Shown here: piece after piece, positions 1-11,533 of the stretch
How the letters are laid out: each line of letters starts with the position of its first letter
Numbering within the stretch: position 1 is the first letter of the stretch
Assembly: GCA_013387215.1 (NCBI GenBank)
Contig: WARW01000022.1
Coordinates: 238,417-302,416, forward strand
Direction of reading: 5' to 3'
DNA length: 64,000 nt
Origin: Patescibacteria group bacterium
Lineage (GTDB): Bacteria > Patescibacteriota > Microgenomatia > UBA12405
Translations under genes and position numbers: made by a program
Notes under the pieces: model-generated
Databases searched by the model: none
What the model was told of the DNA's origin: nothing
The model's input: only the letters and a program-made list of their open reading frames with translations

Positions 1-1238
1 GCTAATTTAGATTTCATTTGGATAGTATTTTCAGTGGCTTTTTCTTTGGTATTGCCAACAGCAACACTCTTGAAACCTAATTGGGTGAATTTAGCTTTGA
101 TAGTAGCAGCCTGACCATTAATATCAGTTGCATTCAAAACTTGGATTTTAATGGTTTTGCTTGGTTCAACTACAGCAACAGTTGGAGCTGGAGCGACAGT
201 TGGGGTTGGAATATCGGTTGGAGCAGCGTTTTCAGCAGTTTGATTTTGGGAACTTGGGTTTTGAATTTCAGCGTTGTTTTTATTTAAAACGAACCAAATG
301 ATAACAGAGGCGAGGGCTGCGGTGAAAATAAATACCGCAACTATGGGGAGTATATTTTTTTTATGTTCCATAGGTTTTGGAGATAAAGGTAAACTAATAT
401 CAGTAGATTTCTCTACAGGTGCTTCTATTATAACAGCATTAGCTTGGTTGGAAGAAGATAATTCTCCAAGCACCGGCAACGGCAAATTAGCTGCTTTTCC
501 CCTGCTTTGTGAGATTTGAGATTCACTGTATGGAGTTTGTTCAAGTTTTGAGGTGGTTAAAATTTCGATTTCTTTAGATTCTGGCACATAAAGTTTTTTG
601 GCCGGAGTGGAAAAATAAAGATTACTATAGTTAATAATCTTTTGAATATCTAGAGATGGACCTTTAACATTGGCAGTTAAATAAACTAAATTGTTTTTAG
701 ATAAAATTAAAGTGTATTCGTGTTCATTGAGAGGATAAATCAAGAAAAATTCACCAGTATTAACACCTGAAAGGACCTGGGCAATTGAAGTGGAAACCGA
801 ACGAATAGAAGTTATACTAATGTTAAGTTTGGCTAAATTGGATTTAAGGGCATCAATTTTCTTTTTTTCAAAGATTTGAGCACGAATAATAGTTTTATCA
901 GTTTCCTGAGTCAAAGAATATTCAATAGTCCCCGGTTCAATTTTGAAGTGAACAAAACTTTCAGCAAGACCAATCACCTCTTTCTGATCGATTTCAGTGA
1001 TCTTAGTGTCGTAGATAAAAGACTTGGTCAAAACCACATCATCAGGAATCAATATAGAACAAGCATCAATCTTGTTTTGCTTTAAGAAAAACAATAATGG
1101 CTCAAGTTCTTTTTCAGTGTGGTCTTCCCAAAGGTTAATGTCTACCGAAAGATTATTAGAATCTTTTTTATCGATATAGATTTCAACTGCTTTGGCTTTA
1201 GGCCACAGCACAACTTTTGATTTAGAGAAGAGTGGCAT
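1..1238 (-). CDS. Membrane protein with LytR C-terminal-like domain (runs off window start)
   Basis: Not in the ORF track because it has no stop in the window. ATG at 1238 (MPLFSKSKVVLWPKAK...), a TM segment, a P/T-rich linker, then IQVLNATDINGQAA..LGF..VGN typical of LytR_C. Confidence 0.7.
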   Translation of the reverse strand, partial: MPLFSKSKVVLWPKAKAVEIYIDKKDSNNLSVDINLWEDHTEKELEPLLFFLKQNKIDACSILIPDDVVLTKSFIYDTKITEIDQKEVIGLAESFVHFKIEPGTIEYSLTQETDKTIIRAQIFEKKKIDALKSNLAKLNISITSIRSVSTSIAQVLSGVNTGEFFLIYPLNEHEYTLILSKNNLVYLTANVKGPSLDIQKIINYSNLYFSTPAKKLYVPESKEIEILTTSKLEQTPYSESQISQSRGKAANLPLPVLGELSSSNQANAVIIEAPVEKSTDISLPLSPKPMEHKKNILPIVAVFIFTAALASVIIWFVLNKNNAEIQNPSSQNQTAENAAPTDIPTPTVAPAPTVAVVEPSKTIKIQVLNATDINGQAATIKAKFTQLGFKSVAVGNTKEKATENTIQMKSKL

Positions 1239-1263
1239 GCTGTATTAGTATGGACAAAAAAGC

Positions 1264-1746
1264 TTACCAACGCAAGTGGGCAAAGGCTTTATTAGCTTCA
1301 GCCATTCTTTCGACTTCCATTCTTTTAGTAATAGCTGTACCTTCATTGTTGATAGCAGCAATTAATTCTGAGGCAAGTTTTTGGGCAAAAGAATGAAATT
1401 GTTTATTGGCTTTGGCGCGAGAAGCGTTGATTAACCATCTGATAGCTAAAGAATTTTGTCGATGTCCACGGACAGGGGTTGGAACTTGATAAACAGCTCC
1501 ACCAATGCGGCGAGGTCTGACTTCAACTTTTGGTTTGATATTATCAAGAGCTTTTTCAAGAGTAACAACAACGTCATCTTGTGGATATTCTTTTTTAAGA
1601 ATCTCTAAAGCATCATAAACCTGCTTTTCAGCAGCACCACGTTTACCATCTTTCATGGTAGCAGTGATAATTTTAGTGATAATAACTTGATTGTAAAGTG
1701 TATCAGGATTTACTTCTCTGATTTTACTGGTTCCTTTTCTGGACAT
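1264..1746 (-). CDS. rpsG: 30S ribosomal protein S7
   Basis: EVRPRRIGGAVYQVP and MAEANKAFAH motifs. Confidence 0.98.
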   Translation of the reverse strand: MSRKGTSKIREVNPDTLYNQVIITKIITATMKDGKRGAAEKQVYDALEILKKEYPQDDVVVTLEKALDNIKPKVEVRPRRIGGAVYQVPTPVRGHRQNSLAIRWLINASRAKANKQFHSFAQKLASELIAAINNEGTAITKRMEVERMAEANKAFAHLRW

Positions 1747-1775
1747 AGTTTATAGTTTAGTTTAAAAGTTAATGA

Positions 1776-2198
1776 TTAGGCAGTTTTTGCGCTAGGTCTT
1801 TTAGCACCGTATTTACTGCGTGATTGTAATCTGCCTGCAACTGCACCAGCATCATATTTACCACGGATAACGTGATAACGGACACCTGGTAAATCTCGGA
1901 CACGACCTCCACGAATAGAGACGATACTGTGTTCAGCAAGATTGTGGCCAATACCCGGAATATAAGCAGTGACTAAATTGCGGTTACTAAGTTTAACTTT
2001 AGCAACTTTACGTAAAGCTGAATGTGGCTTTTTTGGAGTCATTGTTTTTACAGCAACAACGACACCTTTTTTAACAGGATTAATGGTTCCAATAAGTCTA
2101 TTTTTAATACTATTGAAGTTTTTGCGCAAAGCACCGGTCTTGAGTTTAATGACTCTGGTTTTGCGACCTTTTTTAATTAATTGATTGAATGTTGGCAT
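1776..2198 (-). CDS. rpsL: 30S ribosomal protein S12
   Basis: [30 protein letters not shown]. Confidence 0.98.
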   Translation of the reverse strand: MPTFNQLIKKGRKTRVIKLKTGALRKNFNSIKNRLIGTINPVKKGVVVAVKTMTPKKPHSALRKVAKVKLSNRNLVTAYIPGIGHNLAEHSIVSIRGGRVRDLPGVRYHVIRGKYDAGAVAGRLQSRSKYGAKRPSAKTA

Positions 2199-2202
2199 TT
2201 TT

Positions 2203-5200
2203 TTATTTTACAATTTGATTTTTACCCACAGGTATTAATCGTCCGATAATAACATTTTCTTTAAGACCAATCAAGCCGTCTACTTCCGCAAGCAAGGATG
2301 CTTCGGTTAAAACGCTAGTTGTCTGTTGGAATGAAGCAGCAGATAACCATGAGCCAGTGGTTAAAGCAGATTGGATAAGACCCAATAAGACTTTTTTACC
2401 TTTAGCTGGTTTACCACCTTCAGATTTTGCCTTTTCATTGGCTGCATTGTATACAGCAGCAGTGGTGATTTGGCCATATAAGAAGTTGGTGTCACCTGGA
2501 TCTTCAACTTTAATCTTGTCGCTCATTTCTTTAACGATAACTTCAAGATGTTTGTCGTGGATACCGATACCCTGAGATTCGTAAACAGCTTGGATGCTGT
2601 TGATAAGGTATTTTTGAGCAGCTTCGATACTCTTAACATCCATGATTTCTCGAACATCGAGAGAACCTGAACAAAGTTGAGTACCTTGAGCAACTAAATC
2701 ACCATCGGAAACTAAGAGGGTAACGTTGGATGGTAAAAGATAAGTAATAGTTTTGGTGGTATTAGACTCATCTTTACCAGTGAGTTTAATTTCGTAACCA
2801 TCAATAGATTCTTTTACTTTGATCTTTCCACTGATTTCTGCTAATGGAGAAGGTAATTTTGGAGTTCGAATTTCGAATAATTCCTGAACACGTGGTAAAC
2901 CTTGAGTAACGTCGACGCCGACGACACCTCCGGTGTGCTTGGTACGAAGAGTTAACTGGGTACCTGGTTCACCAATAGATTGAGCAGCGATAACACCGAC
3001 TGGAACTCCGATTTCAACTAATTTTCGGGTGGAAAGATCCCAACCGTAACATTGTTGACAAAGACCGGTTTCAGCAGCACAGGTTAAAGCAGATCGGATG
3101 TCTACAGAAGTAATATTGTGAGATTCGATATCAGCAACAACATTGTTGTCTAATAAAGTACCTTTGGCAAATAAAACTTTCTTGGTTTTGGCATCAATAA
3201 TATCGTTAGCTAAAACTCGGCCTAAAATTCGGCGAGAGAAATAGCGTTCTCTTCCCTTTTCATTAGCTTCAACAGTAATGAATTTTTTGGTGCCACAGTC
3301 ATCTTGTCTAATAATAGAAATATGAGCAGCATCAACAAGTCTTCGGGTTAAGTAACCTGCATCAGCGGTTTTCAAAGCGGTATCGGCCAAACCTTTTCTG
3401 GTTCCTCTAGCACCGGTAACGTATTCGAAAACTGACAAACCTTCACGGAAGTTTGATTTGGTTGGAAGTTGAACGATTCGACCAGTTGGATCGACCATTA
3501 AACCTCTCATACCAGAAAGCTGTTTGATTTGATCTTTAGATGCACGCTTGATACCTGCAGCAGAAACGATACGGATTGGAGAATCGATATCGAGAGTTGC
3601 CCAAGTTTTTTCAGCGATTTCTTCGGTTTTTTCCATCCAAACAGATTGACTTAATCTCTTCTTTTCTTCATTGGAAATTAATCCCATTTTGTAGTTATCT
3701 TCAATTTCAGCAACTTGCTTGTTTGCACCAGCAATAATACTGTCTTTTTCTTGTAAGTGACCACAATCTGCCATAGATAAGGAAAGACCAGAAATAGTGA
3801 AACCTTTGAAACCAATGTCTTTTAAGGAATCAATAAGTTTTACAGTCTTAACTCTTCCAGCAATTTCAAGTGATTTAACGACTAAATCGTTAACAGCCTT
3901 GGAACCAGCCATAGATTCGTTAACAAAACTGAATTCTTTTGGAAGGATTTTATTGAACCAAATTCGGCCGTAAGTGGTTTTGATTAATTTACCGTCCATT
4001 CTGACGACAATTAATTCACGTAAACCGATTTTCTTAGCTTCGTAAGCAAGTTCAACTTCTTTAACGTCTGAGAAAATAGATAAACCTTCAAAGCTTTCGG
4101 ATTTTTCTTTTTCAAGATCTTCAGATTGAACAGAAGTGATGTAATAACATCCGACTGCCATTTCTTGGGTAGGAACTGAAACTGGAGAACCGTCAGCAGG
4201 TTTAAGTAAGTTTCGAGAAGGCAACATTAATTTCTTGGCTTCTTTTTGTGAAGCTTCAGATAATGGTAAATGGACACCCATTTGATCTCCGTCGAAATCG
4301 GCGTTGAAACCTTTACAGACACATGGATGTAGTCTGATGGCTAAACCGTCAACCAAAATTGGTTTAAATGCTTGAATTGAGAGTTTGTGAAGGGTTGGAG
4401 CGCGGTTTAATAAGACGTGACTGTCTTTGGTAACCTTTTCCAAAATATCGTAAACCTCGTTAGCTCGGTGATCAATTAAGTTTTTAGCAGATTTGATGTT
4501 TGGAGCAATGCCAGTAGACATTAATTCACGCAAAACAAATGGTCTGTAGATTTCGAGAGCAATTTCTTTTGGTAAACCGACTTGGTTAAGTTTAAGTTCT
4601 GGACCGACAACGATAACAGAACGACCTGAGTAATCGACACGTTTACCTAAAAGATTTCGTCGGAAACGACCTTTCTTACCTCTTAAGAGATCAGAAAGGG
4701 ATCTTGGAGTTCTTTTAGTACTTTTTCTTTTATTCTTAGCACTCTTTTGAGCATCAATTAAAATGTCGACAGATTCCTGCAACATTCTTTTTTCGTTGCG
4801 CAAAATAATTTCTGGAGCACCAAGTTTAAGAAGTTTCTTTAAACGGTTATTACGATTAATTAATCTTCGATATAAATCATTTAAATCAGAAGTGGCAAAT
4901 CGGCCGCCAGTAAGTTGGACCATAGGTCGTAAATCTGGTGGAATAACTGGAACATTGGTCATGATCATCCATTCTGGATGGATTTCATTTTCAATCATTC
5001 CATTCAAAATTCTGATCTTGTACATGATTTTCTTTTTCTTGAGTTTGGAAGTGGTTTTAGCTAATTCTTTCTTAAGATTTTTGACAGTTTCTTTAAGATC
5101 GATTTTCTTTAAAACTTCAACTAAAGCTTCAGCACCCATTTTAGCTTCGAAGAAAAGATCTGCCTTAAATTGGGAAAGATAGAAAGATTCTTCATCAGAA

Positions 5201-5919
5201 ATAGTTGATAAAACTTGGAGAGAAGAAATCTTGTCTTCCAAATATTTAATCAAACTTTCAATTCTATTCTTTTCAGTAGAAGCTTTATTTTCAATCTTTT
5301 GGATATCTTGCTTTAATTTAACATCGCGTTCTTCTTTGGCAATGTTAAGTTGGTCTTTATTTTTGATTTTTTCTTTAAGATCAGCTTTTTCTTTTTCGAT
5401 TTGAGCAGTTTTGCTTTCGATGTTCTTTTTAGAATCGATATCAATTTGTTCTTGTCGTTTTTTAGAATTTTCTCTGAGGTTTTCTAATGCTTCTTTTCTT
5501 TTTTCGTCGTTAACTGAAGTAACTAAATACTTAGTGAAATAAACGACAGATTCCAAATCTTTTTGCGGAACGTCAAGAATGACGCCAACTGGAGATGGAG
5601 TATTTCGCAAATACCAAAGATGAGTTACAGGAGCAGCAAGGGTAATGTGACCCATTCTTTCGCGTCGGACTTTAGAAGTGGTGACTTCAACTCCACAGCG
5701 ATCACAAACTACACCCTTAAATCTGATTTTCTTATATTTTCCACAGTAACATTCATAATCACGAGATGGTCCGAAGATCTTTTCACAGAAAAGACCGTCT
5801 TTTTCTGGTCTCCAGCTTCGATAATTGATAGTTTCTGGTTTAAGAACTTCACCGTGAGACCAAGCTAAGATCTCTTCTGGAGAAGCTAATTTAATTTGCA
5901 AACCGGTAAAATCGATCAT
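2203..5919 (-). CDS. rpoC: RNA polymerase beta' subunit (alternative start 5937)
   Basis: NADFDGD catalytic motif, N-terminal zinc finger, GEPGTQLT. Confidence 0.98.
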   Translation of the reverse strand: MIDFTGLQIKLASPEEILAWSHGEVLKPETINYRSWRPEKDGLFCEKIFGPSRDYECYCGKYKKIRFKGVVCDRCGVEVTTSKVRRERMGHITLAAPVTHLWYLRNTPSPVGVILDVPQKDLESVVYFTKYLVTSVNDEKRKEALENLRENSKKRQEQIDIDSKKNIESKTAQIEKEKADLKEKIKNKDQLNIAKEERDVKLKQDIQKIENKASTEKNRIESLIKYLEDKISSLQVLSTISDEESFYLSQFKADLFFEAKMGAEALVEVLKKIDLKETVKNLKKELAKTTSKLKKKKIMYKIRILNGMIENEIHPEWMIMTNVPVIPPDLRPMVQLTGGRFATSDLNDLYRRLINRNNRLKKLLKLGAPEIILRNEKRMLQESVDILIDAQKSAKNKRKSTKRTPRSLSDLLRGKKGRFRRNLLGKRVDYSGRSVIVVGPELKLNQVGLPKEIALEIYRPFVLRELMSTGIAPNIKSAKNLIDHRANEVYDILEKVTKDSHVLLNRAPTLHKLSIQAFKPILVDGLAIRLHPCVCKGFNADFDGDQMGVHLPLSEASQKEAKKLMLPSRNLLKPADGSPVSVPTQEMAVGCYYITSVQSEDLEKEKSESFEGLSIFSDVKEVELAYEAKKIGLRELIVVRMDGKLIKTTYGRIWFNKILPKEFSFVNESMAGSKAVNDLVVKSLEIAGRVKTVKLIDSLKDIGFKGFTISGLSLSMADCGHLQEKDSIIAGANKQVAEIEDNYKMGLISNEEKKRLSQSVWMEKTEEIAEKTWATLDIDSPIRIVSAAGIKRASKDQIKQLSGMRGLMVDPTGRIVQLPTKSNFREGLSVFEYVTGARGTRKGLADTALKTADAGYLTRRLVDAAHISIIRQDDCGTKKFITVEANEKGRERYFSRRILGRVLANDIIDAKTKKVLFAKGTLLDNNVVADIESHNITSVDIRSALTCAAETGLCQQCYGWDLSTRKLVEIGVPVGVIAAQSIGEPGTQLTLRTKHTGGVVGVDVTQGLPRVQELFEIRTPKLPSPLAEISGKIKVKESIDGYEIKLTGKDESNTTKTITYLLPSNVTLLVSDGDLVAQGTQLCSGSLDVREIMDVKSIEAAQKYLINSIQAVYESQGIGIHDKHLEVIVKEMSDKIKVEDPGDTNFLYGQITTAAVYNAANEKAKSEGGKPAKGKKVLLGLIQSALTTGSWLSAASFQQTTSVLTEASLLAEVDGLIGLKENVIIGRLIPVGKNQIVK

Positions 5920-5936
5920 GTTTTTGAATTTAAGCA

Positions 5937-8900
5937 TTAATTTTCCTCCTTAACATCTTCTAACGATTCCTCGTCCTGTGAGGATACAGTCATATCTTTA
6001 AGATCAGTTTCTTCAACAACAGACTCCTGATCTGTTATGACGTCTGCAGGAACGATACCTTCACCAGCAGTTACGCCTTCAGTGTCAAAAATTCCTTCTT
6101 TAACACCAACAGGTGAGATATCGAGAGCTAAACCTGCCAATTCTTTGGTTAAAACCTTGAATGATTCTGGAATAGCTGGTTCTGGAATTGCCAACCCTTT
6201 GATGATGGATTGGAAGGCGTGGGTGCGACCTTCAATATCATCGGATTTAATGGTTAACATTTCTTGTAATGTGTGTGCAGCACGATGTGCTTCAAGCGCC
6301 CAAACTTCCATTTCTCCAAGTCTCTGACCTCCCATTCTGGCTTTACCGCCGAGTGGCTGTTGAGTAACTAAAGAGTATGGACCGGTAGAACGAGCATGAA
6401 CTTTATCATCGACCATGTGGACAAGTTTCAAAATGTATCCAATACCGACAACTGATTCTTGATCATAAGCTTCACCGGTTCGACCATCGTAAAGTTGAAC
6501 TTTACCATTAGCTTTGAAACCAGCTTTTTCTAGTTCATCGCCAATCTCTTTTTCAGAATATTTTTCGAAAACTGGAACAGCATATTTTTTATCGAGAACA
6601 TAACCTGCGTGAGCAAGAGTAGTTTCCAAAATCTGGCCCAAATTCATACGGGAAATAACAGAAATTGGAGACATGATTAAGTCCATTGGAGTGCCATCAG
6701 CAAGTCGTGGCATGTCATATTGAGGCATGATTCGGCAGATAACACCCTTGTTTCCGTGGCGTCCGGCGATTTTATCACCTTCTTGAATACGTCGGATTTG
6801 AGCAACATAGACTTTAACAACTTTGTTGACACCTGGATCAAGTTCATCACCTTTATCTTTATCAAGAGTATCGACTTTGATAACGACACCGCCTTCGCCG
6901 TTTGGAATACGAAGTGAAGTATCTTTAACTTCACGAGCTTTTTCACCGAAAATAGCGCGTAAAAGTCTTTCTTCTGCAGATAATTCTTTTTCACCACGAG
7001 GTTCAACTTTACCGACAAGAATATCGTTTGGACCGACAGTGGCGCCGATCATGACAATACCGTCATCAGTAAGTTTAGCTAATTCAGTTTCAGAAACATT
7101 TGGAATATCTTTAGTTAATTCTTCAGAACCAAGTTTGGTTTCGACGACTTGAGCTTGATATTCGTAAATTTGGATATTAGTTAAGATATCTTCTTTTACT
7201 AAACGATCAGAAATTAAGAATGAATCTTCGTAAGTTAAACCGTCAATTGAAGCGTAAGCAACTAAAAGATTTCGACCAATTGAAAGTTCACCACCATCAG
7301 TGGATGGACCATCAATTAATAAATCACCAACTTTTACAACATCACCGACTTTTACAACTGCTTTTTGGTTGTAACAAGTACCGTATGGTGAAGTTCGGAT
7401 GAATTTAGTAATGAAATAGGTTTCAGTTTTATCTTTATTGCTGATTTCACTATTTTCACTAACTTCAGATTCTAATTTTTTATCTAAAGTAACAACGATT
7501 TTAGAACCATCAACATAAGAAACTTTACCAGCATGGTTAGCCAATACAGTTCTGCCCATAGATGAGGCAATAGCTGATTCCATTCCAGTTCCAACATATG
7601 GAGATTCTGGAGCAATTAAAGGAACAGCTTGAGTCTGCATGTGGGAGCCCATCAATGCGCGGGTAGCGTCGTCGTGGTCAACAAAAGGAATCATGGATGC
7701 AGAAGCACCAACGATTTCATTTGGAACTAAATCGATATATTCAACTTGTTCAATTGGACCTTCAATAAATTCACCTTGATAACGAATTGGAACCCATTCT
7801 TGATTAGTGATACCTTTTTCATCAAATTTGATACCTAAATGAGTGATTGGATGGACATATTCATCCTCAGCATCCATATAGAAGAAATCATCAGAAATTT
7901 TGTAGCCACCTTTAACTTTTTCGAGTTTTCGGAAAGGAGCTTCAATGAAGCCGTATTTGTTTACTTTTGCATATAAAGCAAGGTAAGTAACTAAACCGAT
8001 GTTTGGACCTTCTGGAGATCTAACAACGTCGATACGACCGTATTGTGAACCGTGTACGTCGCGGATAGAGAAAGCTGCACGCTCTCTGGTTAAACCGCCG
8101 ACACCGACAACAGTGACTCTTCGTAATAAATCAAGTTCAGCTAATGGATTAGTTTGATCCAAAATAGCGGAAAGTTGGTTAGATCGGAAGAAAGTGTTTA
8201 AAGCAGAAATCAATGGTTGAGGATTGATCATTTGAGACGGAGTTGGTTTTTCTTTGGTAGAAATTAAACTCATTCTTTCTTTGACCATTCTTTCGAATCT
8301 GGCTAAAGCAGGGCGAATAGCGATTTGAGAAACGATTTCGCCGCAGCGTCGTAAACGTCGGTTAGCAAGTGAATCGATATCATCAAGTCTGGTTGCTTCA
8401 CCTTTTTGGAGTTGGATTAAGTATTTAACAGTAGCGATTAAGTCTTCTTTCTTTAAAACCCAATTTTCTTTATTAGCATCATCAAATTTAAAACCGAATT
8501 TTTTATCAATTTTGTAGCGACCAACGTTACCTAATTCGTATGTTCTTAAATCAAAAAATCTTTCATTGAAGAATTTTTCTGCATTTTCAAGAACAACAGG
8601 TTCGCCTGGTCGAAGCTTTCGATAGAATTCGAGCATTGCTTCTTCTGGAGTTTTAGAAATGTCAGCAGCAATGGTGTGATTAAAATAGTCACCGAATTCA
8701 GCAACTAATTGTTTATCACCCATTTGGCAGGCAGCTCTTAAAATAATGGAAGCAGGAAATTTCTTTTTGCGATCAATACGAGCAAAAACAACGTCTTTTT
8801 TACCAACAAAGAATTCGAGCCATGAACCACGGACAGGTCTGATTTCAGCATTATAAAGGGTTTTACCAGTAGAAGGATCATTTTCACCAGTGAAATAAAC

Positions 8901-9308
8901 GCCAGGAGATCGGACTAATTGATTAATAATACCTCTTTCAATACCGTTAACAAGGAAAGTTCCCTGATCGGTCATAGTAGGCAAATTCAAGAAGAAAACA
9001 TCTTCTTCACGGATATCACCAGTTCTTTTGTTGGTTAACTTAGCTTTAATTCTGACCGGAATGGTGTAATTCAACCCTTTTCTTTTGGCAATATCTGGAG
9101 TGACGCTGATCGGATCGAAGGTTAATTCTCCAAGTTTTAATTCCCAGTTATTACCGGTGTAATCACTGATTGGAGAAATTGATTGTATCGTGTCTTTTAG
9201 TTCGCGTTCGAGGAAGTCTTTCCAAGATTCTTTTTGAATTTGTATAAGATCTAATTTAGGAAGGTTAGGGTAAACTTTACCCCATTGTATTCTTTTTGCG
9301 GAACCCAT
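5937..9308 (-). CDS. rpoB: RNA polymerase beta subunit
   Basis: GDKIAGRHGNKG, GGQRLGEMEVWALEA, PEGPNIGL. Confidence 0.98.
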   Translation of the reverse strand: MGSAKRIQWGKVYPNLPKLDLIQIQKESWKDFLERELKDTIQSISPISDYTGNNWELKLGELTFDPISVTPDIAKRKGLNYTIPVRIKAKLTNKRTGDIREEDVFFLNLPTMTDQGTFLVNGIERGIINQLVRSPGVYFTGENDPSTGKTLYNAEIRPVRGSWLEFFVGKKDVVFARIDRKKKFPASIILRAACQMGDKQLVAEFGDYFNHTIAADISKTPEEAMLEFYRKLRPGEPVVLENAEKFFNERFFDLRTYELGNVGRYKIDKKFGFKFDDANKENWVLKKEDLIATVKYLIQLQKGEATRLDDIDSLANRRLRRCGEIVSQIAIRPALARFERMVKERMSLISTKEKPTPSQMINPQPLISALNTFFRSNQLSAILDQTNPLAELDLLRRVTVVGVGGLTRERAAFSIRDVHGSQYGRIDVVRSPEGPNIGLVTYLALYAKVNKYGFIEAPFRKLEKVKGGYKISDDFFYMDAEDEYVHPITHLGIKFDEKGITNQEWVPIRYQGEFIEGPIEQVEYIDLVPNEIVGASASMIPFVDHDDATRALMGSHMQTQAVPLIAPESPYVGTGMESAIASSMGRTVLANHAGKVSYVDGSKIVVTLDKKLESEVSENSEISNKDKTETYFITKFIRTSPYGTCYNQKAVVKVGDVVKVGDLLIDGPSTDGGELSIGRNLLVAYASIDGLTYEDSFLISDRLVKEDILTNIQIYEYQAQVVETKLGSEELTKDIPNVSETELAKLTDDGIVMIGATVGPNDILVGKVEPRGEKELSAEERLLRAIFGEKAREVKDTSLRIPNGEGGVVIKVDTLDKDKGDELDPGVNKVVKVYVAQIRRIQEGDKIAGRHGNKGVICRIMPQYDMPRLADGTPMDLIMSPISVISRMNLGQILETTLAHAGYVLDKKYAVPVFEKYSEKEIGDELEKAGFKANGKVQLYDGRTGEAYDQESVVGIGYILKLVHMVDDKVHARSTGPYSLVTQQPLGGKARMGGQRLGEMEVWALEAHRAAHTLQEMLTIKSDDIEGRTHAFQSIIKGLAIPEPAIPESFKVLTKELAGLALDISPVGVKEGIFDTEGVTAGEGIVPADVITDQESVVEETDLKDMTVSSQDEESLEDVKEEN

Positions 9309-9396
9309 CAAAGTTTTTTAAATTTTTAAAAACACGGACGCAACGAGACCAAAGCGCGCCGAATGTGTTGTATTATAGTATGTTCGTCAAAGCGGG

Positions 9397-10299
9397 TCAA
9401 TAAGTAGTTTGTGATGAATTTGTTGCCGTATTAGTTGGGGTTAAAGTTTTTGCCGAAGAACTGGCTGTTGGAGTTACAGTTTTAGTAGATTTTGCCGAAA
9501 CTGTGGCTAAACAAGTTCTACTAGTGCAAGTAATACTGCCATTGGTGCAGCTGCAAGCGTTGCAGCCGTCGCTAGCGACAAAATTTTGACCTTCATTATA
9601 GTGTTTATCGTTTAAGTCACAACCGGCCCCAGTTTGAACTGCAGTGGATGGAGTGGAAGTTATCTCTGGAGTACTGGTTTTTGTTAAATTTGTGACTGGC
9701 TTACTGCTAAAATTAGTATAGGCAAGAGCTGAGGCTACGCAGAGAAAAAGAATTAGTGAAAAAATGAAAAATATTTTTGGTATAGGACTTGCTTTTGGTG
9801 TTGGTGGCTCCACAGGAGGAACAAAGTCGGAAATTGGAGGAAGATCTGATTTAAAAGCAGGTTCAGGTTGAGGAGCTGGTGTTGGTTCAATAACTGGCTC
9901 TGGTTCAGGTATGGTTTCAACTGCTGGAGTGGAAATGGGTGCAGATTCAACAACAGGGGCTGGTGCGGCCTCAACTACTGGCGGATTGGTAACTGGAGTC
10001 AACACCTCTGCTTCATTTTCATTTTCATCAACTTCAATATTTTCATTCAAAACTAATTGTGGAGGAGGAGTTTCGAGAGACAAGACAGGCTCTTGAACTT
10101 TTGGCTGTTCAATTGGAGTTATAGGCGTTTCAGATACTGCTGGAGTTCCTTGGGTCACTGGAGAAACTGGATTTTCTGCTGGTTCTGGCGGGGCATTTTT
10201 AATCTCTTGAGCGTATTTATCTAAAATAGCTTGATATTGCTTATTGGCATCAATATTTTGATCTTCTTGATCACCTGGGACAGGATTAATATTATTCAT
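9397..10299 (-). CDS. Pro-rich single-pass membrane protein with C-terminal pacifastin/VWC-like Cys domain
   Basis: P/E-rich region, TM helix, then C..GCNACSCTNGSITCTSRTC. Confidence 0.7.
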   Translation of the reverse strand: MNNINPVPGDQEDQNIDANKQYQAILDKYAQEIKNAPPEPAENPVSPVTQGTPAVSETPITPIEQPKVQEPVLSLETPPPQLVLNENIEVDENENEAEVLTPVTNPPVVEAAPAPVVESAPISTPAVETIPEPEPVIEPTPAPQPEPAFKSDLPPISDFVPPVEPPTPKASPIPKIFFIFSLILFLCVASALAYTNFSSKPVTNLTKTSTPEITSTPSTAVQTGAGCDLNDKHYNEGQNFVASDGCNACSCTNGSITCTSRTCLATVSAKSTKTVTPTASSSAKTLTPTNTATNSSQTTY

Positions 10300-10360
10300 A
10301 AATAAATATCTCATTTAATATTTATGCCGTCAATAAATACAAGGGAAATTAGTATAGTTT

Positions 10361-11527
10361 ATGAATGATCTGATAAAATTGGCAATGCAAAAAACCGGTA
10401 GCGTGTTTATTAAAACCTTTGGCTGTATTCAAAATACGGCAGATTCAGAAAGAATCAAAGCTTTCTATTGGGACATCGGATACAAAGAAGTTGATGATTG
10501 GAAAAAGGCCGATTTAGTGGTCATAAATACTTGTATTGTTAGGGAATCGGCTGAAAACAGAGCTTATGGGCTTATTAATGAAATTGATAAGATCAACCGA
10601 AAATCTTCAAAAAAAATCGAAATTATTGTGACCGGGTGTTTGGTCGGCAAGGCTAATTTAGATAAAACCGGTAAAAAGATAAATAAATTGAATCGTGATT
10701 TTCCAGAAGTATCGGAATTTTTACCTATAGAAAAAATTTCTTTCCAAATTAAACCAATTCGAGATTTTAAAAATATTGCCCTGATTCCAATTAGCAGCGG
10801 CTGCAGCAATTTTTGCTCATACTGTATTGTCCCCTATGCCCGCGGACCAGAAATATCAAGAAAATTTGAAGATATTTTGACTGAAGTAGACGAAGCAATT
10901 AAAAATGGTTTTAAGAGTGTTGTATTAATTGGCCAAAACGTTAATTCGTATGGTTCTGATTTAGTCAAAGAAAATGAATATATTCTTTTAGACGGCAAAA
11001 AGATTTTACCAGTGATGGTGAAAAGCATGGGAAAGGCAAGAATACCAACACTTTTCCCATATCTTTTGGAAGAAATTGCAAAGAAAAATTTAGAAAAAAT
11101 AAGTTTTGTCAGCAGTAATCCTTGGGATTTTTCCGATGAACTTATTGAAGTAATCGCTAAGTATCCAAATATTGATAAATTACTGCATTTGCCGATTCAA
11201 TCGGGAGATGATGAAATCCTAAAAAGGATGAACCGAGGTTATACAACTGATGAATATTTAAAATTAGTCGAAAAAATCCGAGGTAAAGTAAAAGATGTTC
11301 AATTCAGCACCGATATTATTATCGGTTTTCCAGGCGAAGATGAAGCGTCATTTAACAGAACTGTGGAAGTATGCAAAAAGGCAAAATTCCAAATCGGATA
11401 TTTAAATAAATATTCCCCAAGAAAAGGAACTCTTTCCGCACAAATATACGAAAATGATGTGCCTCAAAGTGAAAAGAAAAGAAGATGGACTGTGTTAAAC
11501 GATTTAATAAATAAGAAAATTAATTAG
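10361..11527 (+). CDS. miaB: MiaB-family radical SAM methylthiotransferase (no TRAM domain)
   Basis: TFGCIQN, INTCIVRESAE, CSNFCSYC, DIIIGFPGE. Confidence 0.85.
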   Translation: MNDLIKLAMQKTGSVFIKTFGCIQNTADSERIKAFYWDIGYKEVDDWKKADLVVINTCIVRESAENRAYGLINEIDKINRKSSKKIEIIVTGCLVGKANLDKTGKKINKLNRDFPEVSEFLPIEKISFQIKPIRDFKNIALIPISSGCSNFCSYCIVPYARGPEISRKFEDILTEVDEAIKNGFKSVVLIGQNVNSYGSDLVKENEYILLDGKKILPVMVKSMGKARIPTLFPYLLEEIAKKNLEKISFVSSNPWDFSDELIEVIAKYPNIDKLLHLPIQSGDDEILKRMNRGYTTDEYLKLVEKIRGKVKDVQFSTDIIIGFPGEDEASFNRTVEVCKKAKFQIGYLNKYSPRKGTLSAQIYENDVPQSEKKRRWTVLNDLINKKIN

Positions 11528-11533
11528 AGTCTT

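Noticed and set aside
81-8000. Short antisense or out-of-frame ORFs within the LytR_C, rps and rpo genes (and similar ones throughout the window)
   Set aside because: Shadows of well-supported genes with no motifs or initiation signals.
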